Source of the DNA: an uncultured Collinsella sp. | GTDB taxonomy: Bacteria > Actinomycetota > Coriobacteriia > Coriobacteriales > Coriobacteriaceae | Reading direction: 5' to 3' | DNA length: 50,601 bases | NCBI GenBank assembly: GCA_902496775.1 | Contig: CABVCF010000001.1 | Coordinates: 1 to 50,601 of the forward strand | Part shown: positions 29,702 through 38,368 of the stretch, one piece after another | Numbering within the stretch: the stretch's first letter is position 1 | Layout: every line of letters starts with the position of its first letter | Made by a program: the position numbers and the translations under genes | Notes under the pieces: model-generated | What the model was told of the DNA's origin: nothing | Databases searched by the model: none | The model's input: the letters and a program-made list of their open reading frames with translations, nothing else

Positions 29702-32452
29702 GTGAGCGATTGCAAGAGGGTTTACCGTTTTGGAACCGACGCCCAGGGCGCCTGTGTCACCGAGGGCGACAAGTTCATGAACTTCGTGCTTGGCGGCAAA
29801 GGCGCTAACCTTGCCGAGATGAGCCGTATCGGCCTGCCGGTTCCCGGTGGCTTTACCATTACCTGCCAGACTTGCGTCGAGTACTCCGGTGCCGGCAACG
29901 TGTGGCCCGAGGGCGCACTCGATGAGATCGTTGCCGCCGAGGCGGACCTCGAGGCCCGCTGCGGCAAGAAGCTCGGCGACGCCTCCGATCCGCTGCTCGT
30001 GTCGGTTCGTTCGGGCGCTCCGTTCTCCATGCCCGGTATGATGGACACGGTCCTCAACTTGGGCCTCAATGACGATTCCGTCCAGGGCCTCATCGCGCAG
30101 ACGCAGAACCCGCGTTTTGCTTGGGATAGCTACCGCCGCTTTATCCAGATGTTTTCCAATGTCGTCATGGGCGTTGACGCCGACCTGTTCGAGAACGCCC
30201 TGACCCAGGCCCGTCTGGTCGCCGGCGTTCGCGTCGATTCCGAGCTTTCGGCCGAGGACCTGCAGGAGCTCGTAGAGACTTTCAAGGGCATTTTCTCCGA
30301 CAACGTCGAGGCCGCCCTGTACCCCGAGCTCGAAGTCGCGGACGGCAAGCCCGTCTTCCCGCACGATCCGGAGCTTCAGCTGCGCCTTGCTATTCAGGCC
30401 GTCTTTGGTAGCTGGATGAACGAGCGCGCCTGCATCTACCGCAAGCAGCACGGCATTTCCGACGACCTCGGCACCGCCGTCAACGTGCAGGCCATGGCCT
30501 TTGGCAACAAGGGCGAGACCTCTGCGACAGGCGTCGCCTTTACGCGTAATCCGGCCGACGGCACCAAGGAGTTCTACGGTGACTTTTTGGTTAATGCCCA
30601 GGGCGAGGACGTCGTCGCCGGTATCCGCAACACCGAGCCCATCGCCGACCTCAAGACCACCCCGGGCCTCGAGTCCGCAGGTGAGGAGCTCGAGCGCGTG
30701 TTCCTGACGCTCGAGGATCATTACCGCGATATGTGCGATATCGAGTTTACCATCGAGCAGGGCAAGCTCTGGATGCTCCAGACCCGCGTGGGCAAGCGCA
30801 CCGCCACCGCCGCCCTGCGCATCGCCATCGAAATGGTCGAGGAAGGCCTGATCACCCGCGAAGAGGCCGTGAGCCGCATCGATCCCGCGCAACTCGACCA
30901 GCTCCTTCACCCGCAGTTCGACGCCTCCAAGAAGTACGAGGCTCTCGCCAGCGGTCTTAATGCCAGCCCCGGTGCCGCCGTGGGCGAGGTCGTGTTCTCG
31001 AGCGACGATGCTGTCGCGCGTTCCGCCGAGGGTCACAAGGTCATTCTGGTTCGTTGGGAGACCAACCCCGACGACCTGAAGGGCATGGTCGCCGCCGAGG
31101 GCATCCTGACCAGCCACGGTGGCAAGACGAGCCATGCCGCCGTTATCGCCCGCGGCATGGGTACGCCCTGCGTCTGCGGCGTTGAGCGCTTCCACATCGA
31201 CGCCGCCGAGAAGGTCGTGCGCATCGAGGGCAGCGACCGCGTACTGCACGAGGGCGATGTCATCTCCATCGACGGCACCCAGGGCATCGTCGTCGACGGT
31301 CCCGTCGACCTGGTCTCCGCCGAGCTTACCGGCGACCTGGACACCATCCTGTCCTGGGCCGACGAGATTCGCCTGGACGAGACCTGCGGCCATGCCAACC
31401 ATGTGCGCGTCAACGCCGACAACCCCGAGGATGCCGAGCTCGCCCTCGAGTTTGGTGCCGAGGCCATTGGCCTATGCCGCACCGAGCATATGTTCCTGGG
31501 CGATCGCAAGAACATTATCCAGAGCTTCATTCTGTCCGATGATGAAGCCGTGAAGCAGCAGGCCCTGGCCGACCTGCTCAAGGTTCAGACCGAGGACTTC
31601 CTGGCGATGTTCAAGACTATGTCCGGTCGCGATGTGGTCGTCCGCCTGCTCGATCCGCCGCTTCATGAGTTCCTGGATAATCCTCGCGAGCTCGAGGTCG
31701 CCATCACCAAGAAGGAAGCCGCCGGCGCCAGCGAGGAAGAGCTTGCAGCCCTGCGCGCCCGCCTGCGTCGTATCGACGGCATGGTCGAGTCGAACCCCAT
31801 GCTCGGCCTGCGCGGCGTTCGCCTGTCCGTCGTCTTTAGCGATCTGCCGCTCATGCAGGTTCGCGCCGTCGCCACGGCCGCTGCCCGCCTTATCAAGGAG
31901 GGCGTCGACCCGCATCCCGAGATCATGGTTCCGCTCGTTTCCATCACGGCCGAGCATGTCCAGACCCGCGAGGTCATTGAGCGCGTGATCGCCGAGGTTT
32001 CCGCCGAAGAGGGCGTCGAGCTCAATATTCCCGTGGGCGCGATGCTCGAGCTGCCACGCGCCTGCATGGTCGCTGACGAGATCGCCCATCATGCCGACTT
32101 CTTCTGCTTCGGCACCAACGACCTCACCCAGACCACCTTCGGCTTCTCCCGCGACGATGCCGAGGCCAAGTTCATCCCGCTGTACATGCACAAGAAGATC
32201 TTGAAGGACAACCCCTTCGAGACCATCGACTTGGCGGTGCTGGAGCTCGTGCGCATGGCCGTCGAGAAAGGTCGTGCCACCAACCCCGACATGCACTTTG
32301 GCGTGTGCGGCGAGCACGGCGGCGACCCCAAATCCATTAAGGGCCTGTTCAACGTGGCCGACGTGGACTACGTGTCCTGCTCGCCCTACCGCGTGCCCCT
32401 CGCACGCCTGGCTGCCGCTCAGGCCAAGCTCGAGGCCAAGCGTTCCGCCTAA
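29702..32452 (+). CDS. ppdK: Pyruvate, phosphate dikinase
   Basis: LGGKGANLAEM, SVRSGA..SMPGMMDT, GGKTSHAAV phospho-His loop, GTNDLTQ, CGEHGG. Confidence 0.98.
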   Translation: MSDCKRVYRFGTDAQGACVTEGDKFMNFVLGGKGANLAEMSRIGLPVPGGFTITCQTCVEYSGAGNVWPEGALDEIVAAEADLEARCGKKLGDASDPLLVSVRSGAPFSMPGMMDTVLNLGLNDDSVQGLIAQTQNPRFAWDSYRRFIQMFSNVVMGVDADLFENALTQARLVAGVRVDSELSAEDLQELVETFKGIFSDNVEAALYPELEVADGKPVFPHDPELQLRLAIQAVFGSWMNERACIYRKQHGISDDLGTAVNVQAMAFGNKGETSATGVAFTRNPADGTKEFYGDFLVNAQGEDVVAGIRNTEPIADLKTTPGLESAGEELERVFLTLEDHYRDMCDIEFTIEQGKLWMLQTRVGKRTATAALRIAIEMVEEGLITREEAVSRIDPAQLDQLLHPQFDASKKYEALASGLNASPGAAVGEVVFSSDDAVARSAEGHKVILVRWETNPDDLKGMVAAEGILTSHGGKTSHAAVIARGMGTPCVCGVERFHIDAAEKVVRIEGSDRVLHEGDVISIDGTQGIVVDGPVDLVSAELTGDLDTILSWADEIRLDETCGHANHVRVNADNPEDAELALEFGAEAIGLCRTEHMFLGDRKNIIQSFILSDDEAVKQQALADLLKVQTEDFLAMFKTMSGRDVVVRLLDPPLHEFLDNPRELEVAITKKEAAGASEEELAALRARLRRIDGMVESNPMLGLRGVRLSVVFSDLPLMQVRAVATAAARLIKEGVDPHPEIMVPLVSITAEHVQTREVIERVIAEVSAEEGVELNIPVGAMLELPRACMVADEIAHHADFFCFGTNDLTQTTFGFSRDDAEAKFIPLYMHKKILKDNPFETIDLAVLELVRMAVEKGRATNPDMHFGVCGEHGGDPKSIKGLFNVADVDYVSCSPYRVPLARLAAAQAKLEAKRSA

Positions 32453-32489
32453 CGTTTTGGGTTTAGACGCCTAGCGTAGCCCCCTTCAT

Positions 32490-32523
32490 GCCGCCCGTCT
32501 CATTCGTGAGACGGGCGGTTATT
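32490..32523 (+). terminator. Terminator after ppdK
   Basis: GCCGCCCGTCTCA-TTCG-TGAGACGGGCGGT hairpin. Confidence 0.75.
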
Positions 32524-32565
32524 CATGTGCTGGTTTTGTCTTTTTGTCTGCGTAAAAAATTGTTC

Positions 32566-32593
32566 TTGCAGCAGAAACCCGCGCGTGTATACT
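32566..32593 (+). promoter_or_regulatory. Promoter of rplS
   Basis: TTGCAG-16 nt-TATACT with an upstream A/T tract. Confidence 0.6.
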
Positions 32594-32662
32594 CGAATAC
32601 GTTTGTTCAACTACGTGCCGGCCAAGGTGGTACGGCACCTCTAGAAGAGTAAGGAATTGCAC

Positions 32663-33004
32663 ATGGATTACATCCGCGCAATCGAGCGTCAGCAGATCCG
32701 CGAGGACATTCCTCAGGTTCGCGTCGCCGATAACGTCAAGGTTCACTACCGCATTAAGGAAGGCGACCGCGAGCGCATCCAGGTCTTCCAGGGCGACGTC
32801 ATCCGCATGGCCGGCGCCGGTGCCCGCGAGACCTTCACCGTCCGCAAGATGTCCTTCGGTGTCGGTGTTGAGCGTACCTTCCCGCTTCACAGCCCCAAGA
32901 TCGCCAAGCTCGAGGTCGTTCGTCATGGTCGCGTCCGTCGCGCCAAGCTGTACTACCTCCGCGACAAGGTGGGCAAGGCTGCTCGCATCCCCGAGAAGCG
33001 CTAA
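32663..33004 (+). CDS. rplS: 50S ribosomal protein L19
   Basis: [37 protein letters not shown] 32663 after AAGGA. Confidence 0.98.
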   Translation: MDYIRAIERQQIREDIPQVRVADNVKVHYRIKEGDRERIQVFQGDVIRMAGAGARETFTVRKMSFGVGVERTFPLHSPKIAKLEVVRHGRVRRAKLYYLRDKVGKAARIPEKR

Positions 33005-33038
33005 GAAGATCGCAGCGTCTGTCCACTCGTTTGGACGT

Positions 33039-33068
33039 AAGGGTCACCTTCGGGTGGCCCTTCTTTTT
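33039..33068 (+). terminator. Intrinsic terminator after rplS
   Basis: AAGGGTCACC-TTCG-GGTGGCCCTT followed by CTTTTT. Confidence 0.8.
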
Positions 33069-33097
33069 ATCTGATTTGCATGCAAGGAGGGCCTGGT

Positions 33098-33886
33098 ATG
33101 GCCAACATGACGAGCTCGGTTTCGGCATCGCAGGTTGCCGGTGAGTTGGCGAGCGCTACGTTTGAGGAGATTCCCGCCCTCGTGGAGCATTATCGCGAGG
33201 ACCCGCGCCAGCAGGTGATCAAGGCTTGCGAGCGTGCTCTTAAGCGCCATGCCAAGGAGCTTGCCGAGCGCGAGCGCGTCAATGACATGTACGAGCTTAT
33301 GCATGAGCTTGGCGGCGATGGGGTGGTCGTTGGTGTCGACGAGGTGGGTCGCGGATCGGTGGCCGGTCCTTTGACGGTATGCGCCGTCTGCCTTCCCATG
33401 GAACCGCGCGTCTGGGGTATCAACGATTCCAAAAAGCTCACGCCCGCGCGCCGCGAGTTGCTCTCAGTGAAGATTGCCGAGGTGGCGACGGCGATCGGTT
33501 TTTGCCATATCGCGCCTAAGGATATCGATGAGATGGGCATGGCCCGCGCCATCCGCGCTGCCGTTGTGGGCGCCGTGGCCGATACGGGGCTCGAGCCCGA
33601 CTGCGTCCTCATGGACGGTAACCCCTTGGGCGCCGTTCCCAACGAGCGCGATGTGGTGAAGGGCGATGCCAAGATCGCCTGCATCGCCGCGGCGTCCATC
33701 ATGGCCAAGGTCACGCGTGACGAGATGATGGTCGAGTACGACGCCGAGTACCCCGAGTACCATCTGGCCGAGTCGAAGGGCTATGCGAGCCCCGAGCACA
33801 TCGAGGCCATTTGCAAACATGGACTTTGTCCGCTGCACCGCGTGAGCTTTTGCGGAAACTTTCTGCAGACTGAGCGCCTTTTCTAG
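33098..33886 (+). CDS. rnhB: Ribonuclease HII
   Basis: GVDEVGRG, NDSKKL, DG, KGD, AASIMAKVTRD, KGY; ATG 33098 after AGGAGG. Confidence 0.95.
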   Translation: MANMTSSVSASQVAGELASATFEEIPALVEHYREDPRQQVIKACERALKRHAKELAERERVNDMYELMHELGGDGVVVGVDEVGRGSVAGPLTVCAVCLPMEPRVWGINDSKKLTPARRELLSVKIAEVATAIGFCHIAPKDIDEMGMARAIRAAVVGAVADTGLEPDCVLMDGNPLGAVPNERDVVKGDAKIACIAAASIMAKVTRDEMMVEYDAEYPEYHLAESKGYASPEHIEAICKHGLCPLHRVSFCGNFLQTERLF

Positions 33887-33934
33887 GTCAATTGTGGAGA
33901 CAGGGACCTCTGGGGTTTTATAAACCTGCTGGTA

Positions 33935-33977
33935 GCGGGCCGTATGCAACACCATTGTTGCGTACGGCCCGTTTTTT
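33935..33977 (+). terminator. Intrinsic terminator after rnhB
   Basis: GCGGGCCGTATGCAACA-CCAT-TGTTGCGTACGGCCCGT followed by TTTTT. Confidence 0.8.
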
Positions 33978-34075
33978 GACGGCTTTTGGTCAGCTTTTGG
34001 TTTGCTTCCGGTACTTACCCGCATGAAAGGTGCCCTCATCATCGGGGCAATGCAGTGTGCGGGAAAGGAGACCCC

Positions 34076-34561
34076 ATGAGTGCCGCAAGCAAAAAGAGCA
34101 AGACGCAGCAGCTCAAGGAGCGTTGGGAAAACGGCGAGCTCGACTCCGGGGCGATGACGCCCGAGTTTATCAAGGGACTCAGTCCCCGCGAGCTGGGCAT
34201 GCTGGGCGAGCTGATCACCATCGACTACTTTAACGAGCGCGGCTACACCTTGCTGGAGCAAGGCTATCGTTGCACCGAGGGCGAGGCCGATCTGGTGCTG
34301 CTCGATGAGCTCGACGATGTCGTGGTAATGGCCGAGGTCAAGACCAGACGCGTTGCACTGGATTGCAGCACGAGGGTCTTTCCGGAGGAGGCCGTGGACG
34401 CCCAAAAGCAACGCCGCTACCGCCGCATCGCAAGTTGCTATCTCATGGAGCATTATCCGCTCAAGGCGATTCGCTTCGATGCCGTGGGTGTCACCATCCG
34501 CGGCGGGCATATCGCCGAGATCGAGCATCAGTACAACGCGTTCGATTGGCAGGTGTCGTGA
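34076..34561 (+). CDS. yraN: YraN-family PD-(D/E)XK nuclease
   Basis: LG..GE, GEADLV, EVKTR, EAV...KQ, RFDAV; ATG 34076 after AAAGGAG. Confidence 0.92.
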   Translation: MSAASKKSKTQQLKERWENGELDSGAMTPEFIKGLSPRELGMLGELITIDYFNERGYTLLEQGYRCTEGEADLVLLDELDDVVVMAEVKTRRVALDCSTRVFPEEAVDAQKQRRYRRIASCYLMEHYPLKAIRFDAVGVTIRGGHIAEIEHQYNAFDWQVS

Positions 34562-36084
34562 TGGCGTTCGAGACGTTTGCCGTTCACGCGGCCTGCATCC
34601 GCGGCGTCGAGGCGATTCACGTCACGGTCGAGGTCTCGCTTGCCGGCGGCGTTCCGGGCATTCAGATGCTCGGCATCCCGAGTATGGAGGTGATGGAGTC
34701 ACGTGGTCGTATTCGCTGTGCGATGCGCTCGGCCGGCTTTGAGATCCCGCGCTCGGGCATTACGGTCAATCTGGCGCCCGGCGATATTCGCAAGACCGGT
34801 AGCGGCTTTGATCTGCCCATCGCCATCGCGGTTCTAGCGGCCGATGGTCAGATTCCCCGCGACAACCTCGATCGTTGTCTTATCGCCGGCGAGCTCGGCT
34901 TGGACGGCACGGTGCTTCCTGTCAAAGGCGAGGTGGCGTTTCAGCTATTGGCTCGCGACATGGGGCTGTCTTTTATCGCCGGCAGGTCCGACCAGCATGT
35001 GCCGCTTGCGCGCGTGGATTGCGGCTTTATCGACCATCTGTCTCAGCTTGCTCACGGCATGGGCGATGCCGCACGGCACTACTTGGATTCCGAGGGTGTC
35101 GAGGCGACCTTTGAGCCCGAGCTCGACTATGCAGACGTGCTGGGGCAGGAAGTCGCTAAACGCGGCATGGCGCTTGCGGCGGCAGGAGAACTCGGCTTGC
35201 TCATGATCGGGTCTCCGGGATCGGGCAAGACGATGCTCGCACGCCGTATGACCGGCATCCTGCCCGAGCTTTCCGTTGAGGATCAGCAGGAGGCACTGTG
35301 CATCCATTCGGTTTTGGGTGAGAACATTGATGGCTTGTTGGCGGGGCACCGCCCCTTCCGCAGTCCCCACCACAGTATTTCGACCGCAGGCCTTATCGGC
35401 GGCGGGCGCCCGGTGCACCCGGGTGAGATCAGCCTTGCTCATGGCGGCGTGCTCTTTTTGGACGAGCTTGCCGAGTTTCCCACGGGTGTGCTGCAGACGC
35501 TGCGCCAGCCCATCGAACGAGGCTACGTCAGGATCGTACGCGTCGACGGGGCTTTTACCTTCCCGTCGCGCTTTCAGCTGCTGGCTGCGAGCAATCCCTG
35601 TCCCTGCGGTTTTTTGGGCGATCGCGAGGTACCGTGTCGCTGCTCGGCGGCGATGGTTGAGCGCTATCGGTCTAAACTGCGCGGTCCTTTGGCCGACCGT
35701 ATCGACATGATGATCGATGTGACCCGTCCCGACCCCCAAGTGATTATCGAGGGTGCGGAGGGTATGTCGTCTGCCGAGTTACGTGACTACGTTGTGCGTG
35801 GTCGCGCTTTTCGCGCTTGGCGCGAATCCCGTATGGACGATGCGGATGCCGAGGCCGAGGATGACGAGACGCGGTCCATTGACGGCGTCGTTTCGACCTT
35901 TGAGCTCGATGATGTTGCCGAGAAATGCGTACTCGGCCTATCCAAACGCACGCATCTCACAGGGCGTGGCATCGTGCGCCTGGTTCGCATTGCGCGCACG
36001 ATCGCAGATGTCGCCGAGAGCGAGCAAGTGACGCAGGATCACGTGCTCGAGGCGGCGATGTACCAGGGGAGGAGGGACCAATGA
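34561..36084 (+). CDS. comM: ComM/YifB AAA+ helicase (Mg-chelatase-like)
   Basis: ITVNLAP..IRKTGSGFDLPIA, GSPGSGKT, RPFRSPHH, GEISLAHGGVLFLDE, NPCPCG, DRID. Start moved to ATG 34561 (TGATG overlap with yraN). Confidence 0.95.
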   Translation: MAFETFAVHAACIRGVEAIHVTVEVSLAGGVPGIQMLGIPSMEVMESRGRIRCAMRSAGFEIPRSGITVNLAPGDIRKTGSGFDLPIAIAVLAADGQIPRDNLDRCLIAGELGLDGTVLPVKGEVAFQLLARDMGLSFIAGRSDQHVPLARVDCGFIDHLSQLAHGMGDAARHYLDSEGVEATFEPELDYADVLGQEVAKRGMALAAAGELGLLMIGSPGSGKTMLARRMTGILPELSVEDQQEALCIHSVLGENIDGLLAGHRPFRSPHHSISTAGLIGGGRPVHPGEISLAHGGVLFLDELAEFPTGVLQTLRQPIERGYVRIVRVDGAFTFPSRFQLLAASNPCPCGFLGDREVPCRCSAAMVERYRSKLRGPLADRIDMMIDVTRPDPQVIIEGAEGMSSAELRDYVVRGRAFRAWRESRMDDADAEAEDDETRSIDGVVSTFELDDVAEKCVLGLSKRTHLTGRGIVRLVRIARTIADVAESEQVTQDHVLEAAMYQGRRDQ

Positions 36085-37016
36085 TGGCCGAGGGGACCTT
36101 CGAGCTGCATCCAGGTGATGCGTTGTATCCCGAGACCGTTTTGGAGCTTTCTGATGTACCCCAGACGCTCTATGTGCGCGGCAATCCCGAGGTGCTTTCG
36201 ACACCCGCGCTCTCCATCATCGGCGCGCGCAAGGCCTCGCCGTATGGTCTTGCCGTGGCAGAGCTTGCGGCGAAGGTGGCGGTTGAGGCGGGAGTGACGG
36301 TAGTTTCGGGCGGTGCGGTCGGTTGTGACCAGGCCTCGGGTTGGGCTGCGGTCAACGCCGGCGGCAAACACGTCGTGGTGCTGGGGACGGGTGCCGACGT
36401 GGTCTACCCGCGTTCGAGCGCGGGGCTTATTACGCGCACGCTCGATACGGGTGGCGCGGTCGTGTCGATCTCTCCGTGGGGCATGGGTCCGCGCAAGTTC
36501 GCCTTTCCGCGCCGCAATCGCGTGATCGCGGCCCTGTCGCAAGCCCTCTTTGTATCCGAGGCGGGTATGCCTTCCGGGACGTTTTCTACAGCCGAGGCTG
36601 CTATGGATTTGGGGCGCGAACTTCTTGCTGTGCCGGGGTCGATCCTATCGCCCGAGTCGCGTGGCACGAATTACCTCATTGCGAACGGTGCCTGCTGCAT
36701 CGTCGACGAGGAATCTATCGAGATGGCTATCTCACGCATCTACGGAACCCTGCGCTACTCGCACCCCGATGCTCCCGGCATTGCCGACCTGGATCCAACG
36801 CAGCAGACCGTGATGCATGCGCTCATCGCCTCTCCGCTCAAGGTCGACGACATCGCGGCGCTCGTCTCGCTCGATGCTGTCGGCGTACTCAAACTCTTGG
36901 GTTCGCTTGAACTCGAGGGTCTTATCGAGCGCATGATGGATGGAAGGTATGCGCCCTCCAAGTTTGCCCTTCACGCCCAGACACCCTTCGGTCACAATGG
37001 AAAACGTGTCAATTAG
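36081..37016 (+). CDS. dprA: DNA-processing protein DprA
   Basis: LYVRG, IIGAR.AS.YG, VSGGAVGCD, FPRRNR, A...GR...AVPG, C-terminal winged helix; ATGA overlap with comM. Confidence 0.93.
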   Translation: MMAEGTFELHPGDALYPETVLELSDVPQTLYVRGNPEVLSTPALSIIGARKASPYGLAVAELAAKVAVEAGVTVVSGGAVGCDQASGWAAVNAGGKHVVVLGTGADVVYPRSSAGLITRTLDTGGAVVSISPWGMGPRKFAFPRRNRVIAALSQALFVSEAGMPSGTFSTAEAAMDLGRELLAVPGSILSPESRGTNYLIANGACCIVDEESIEMAISRIYGTLRYSHPDAPGIADLDPTQQTVMHALIASPLKVDDIAALVSLDAVGVLKLLGSLELEGLIERMMDGRYAPSKFALHAQTPFGHNGKRVN

Positions 37017-37030
37017 AAAGGTGTTTGCAG

Positions 37031-38368
37031 ATGCAGTTCGATCAGGTGACAGTTATCGGTGGCGGTCTGGCGGGTTCGGAGTGCGCGATCCAGCTGGCAG
37101 ATCGCGGTTTTGCCGTAAAGCTGTGCGAGATGCGCCCCCAGGTGAGCTCCCCGGCTCACCATACCGATCACCTGGCAGAGCTCGTCTGCTCGAATTCGTT
37201 TAAGTCGACCCGTCCGGATTCCGCGGCTGGTTTGCTGAAGGCCGAGCTTGAGCGCATGGGTTCAGTCCTGCTCGATTGCGCCCATCGCGCGGCTGTTCCC
37301 GCCGGCGGTGCCCTGGCGGTCGACCGCGTCAAGTTTTCCGAGCTTGTCGAGGCCGAGGTTGCCGCTCGTCCCAATATCGAGGTCGTGCACGGCGAGGTCA
37401 CGCAGATTCCCGAGGGTCACGTGGTCATTGCCGCGGGCCCGCTGTGTTCACCGGCACTGAGCGAAGAGGTTATGAAGCTCGTCGGTGGCGATGCCCTGGC
37501 ATTCTTTGATGCGGCGGCGCCGATCGTCGATGCCTCCACGCTCGATATGGACGTGCTGTTCTCGCAGTCGCGCTACGAGGAGCAGGGGGGCGGCGACTAT
37601 CTCAACGCTCCGCTCAATAAGGAGGAGTACGAGGCCTTTATCGAGGCGCTTACCACGGCCGATCGCGTGGTGCTCAAAGACTTTGAGGACGGCGATCTGT
37701 TCCAGGCTTGCCAGCCTGCCGAGGAAGTTGCGCGCACCGGCAAGGACGCCATTCGCTTTGGCGCCATGAAGCCCGTCGGCCTCACCGACCCGCGTACCGG
37801 ACGTCGCCCCTGGGCGGCGATTCAGCTGCGTGCCGAGAACAAGGAGAAGACCGCCTATAACCTGGTGGGCTTCCAGACCAACTTGACCTTTGGCGAGCAG
37901 AAGCGCGTCTTCCATATGGTGCCGGGCCTGGAGAACGCTGAGTTCTTCCGCTACGGTGTCATGCACCGCAATACCTTTGTCGACGCCCCGCATGTGCTCG
38001 ATGGCACCTTTGCCGTGCCCGGTACCGGTGTGCGCCTGGCCGGTCAGATCACCGGCACCGAGGGGTACATGGAAGCCGTGGCGACAGGTCTGCTCGCGGC
38101 GCTCAACACCTATGCCGAGGCTATCGGTGCCGCGGGCGTCGAGTTGCCGCGTGTGGGCGCCCTGGGTGCGCTCGTGGGCTATGCGACCGATCCTGCCACC
38201 GTGGGCTATCAGCCCATGCATGTCAACTTTGGCCTGGTGCCGCCACTCGAGGATGGTAAGCGCCGCAGCAAGCGCGACCGCTACCAGGCCTATGCGGACC
38301 GTGCGCTCGAGGCCCTCGATGCCTACTTGGCCACGCGTTCCGACTTGTTTGGAGGCGACCGGTCATAG
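37031..38368 (+). CDS. trmFO: Folate/FAD-dependent tRNA U54 methyltransferase
   Basis: IGGGLAGSE, AELVCSNS, PAGGALAVDR, FQAC, VGFQT, RYGVMHRN, AGQITGTEGY. Confidence 0.96.
   Translation: MQFDQVTVIGGGLAGSECAIQLADRGFAVKLCEMRPQVSSPAHHTDHLAELVCSNSFKSTRPDSAAGLLKAELERMGSVLLDCAHRAAVPAGGALAVDRVKFSELVEAEVAARPNIEVVHGEVTQIPEGHVVIAAGPLCSPALSEEVMKLVGGDALAFFDAAAPIVDASTLDMDVLFSQSRYEEQGGGDYLNAPLNKEEYEAFIEALTTADRVVLKDFEDGDLFQACQPAEEVARTGKDAIRFGAMKPVGLTDPRTGRRPWAAIQLRAENKEKTAYNLVGFQTNLTFGEQKRVFHMVPGLENAEFFRYGVMHRNTFVDAPHVLDGTFAVPGTGVRLAGQITGTEGYMEAVATGLLAALNTYAEAIGAAGVELPRVGALGALVGYATDPATVGYQPMHVNFGLVPPLEDGKRRSKRDRYQAYADRALEALDAYLATRSDLFGGDRS

Noticed and set aside
32594..32610. CGAATACGTTTGTTC upstream of rplS as a LexA box
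   Set aside because: Half-site spacing does not fit GAAC-N4-GTTC.
34363..34560. Long N-terminal extensions in the ORF track for comM (also dprA 35925, ispG 46726, yraN 33986, aroF 1404)
   Set aside because: They overlap upstream genes or leaders. Coupled or SD-supported downstream starts match the family N-termini.
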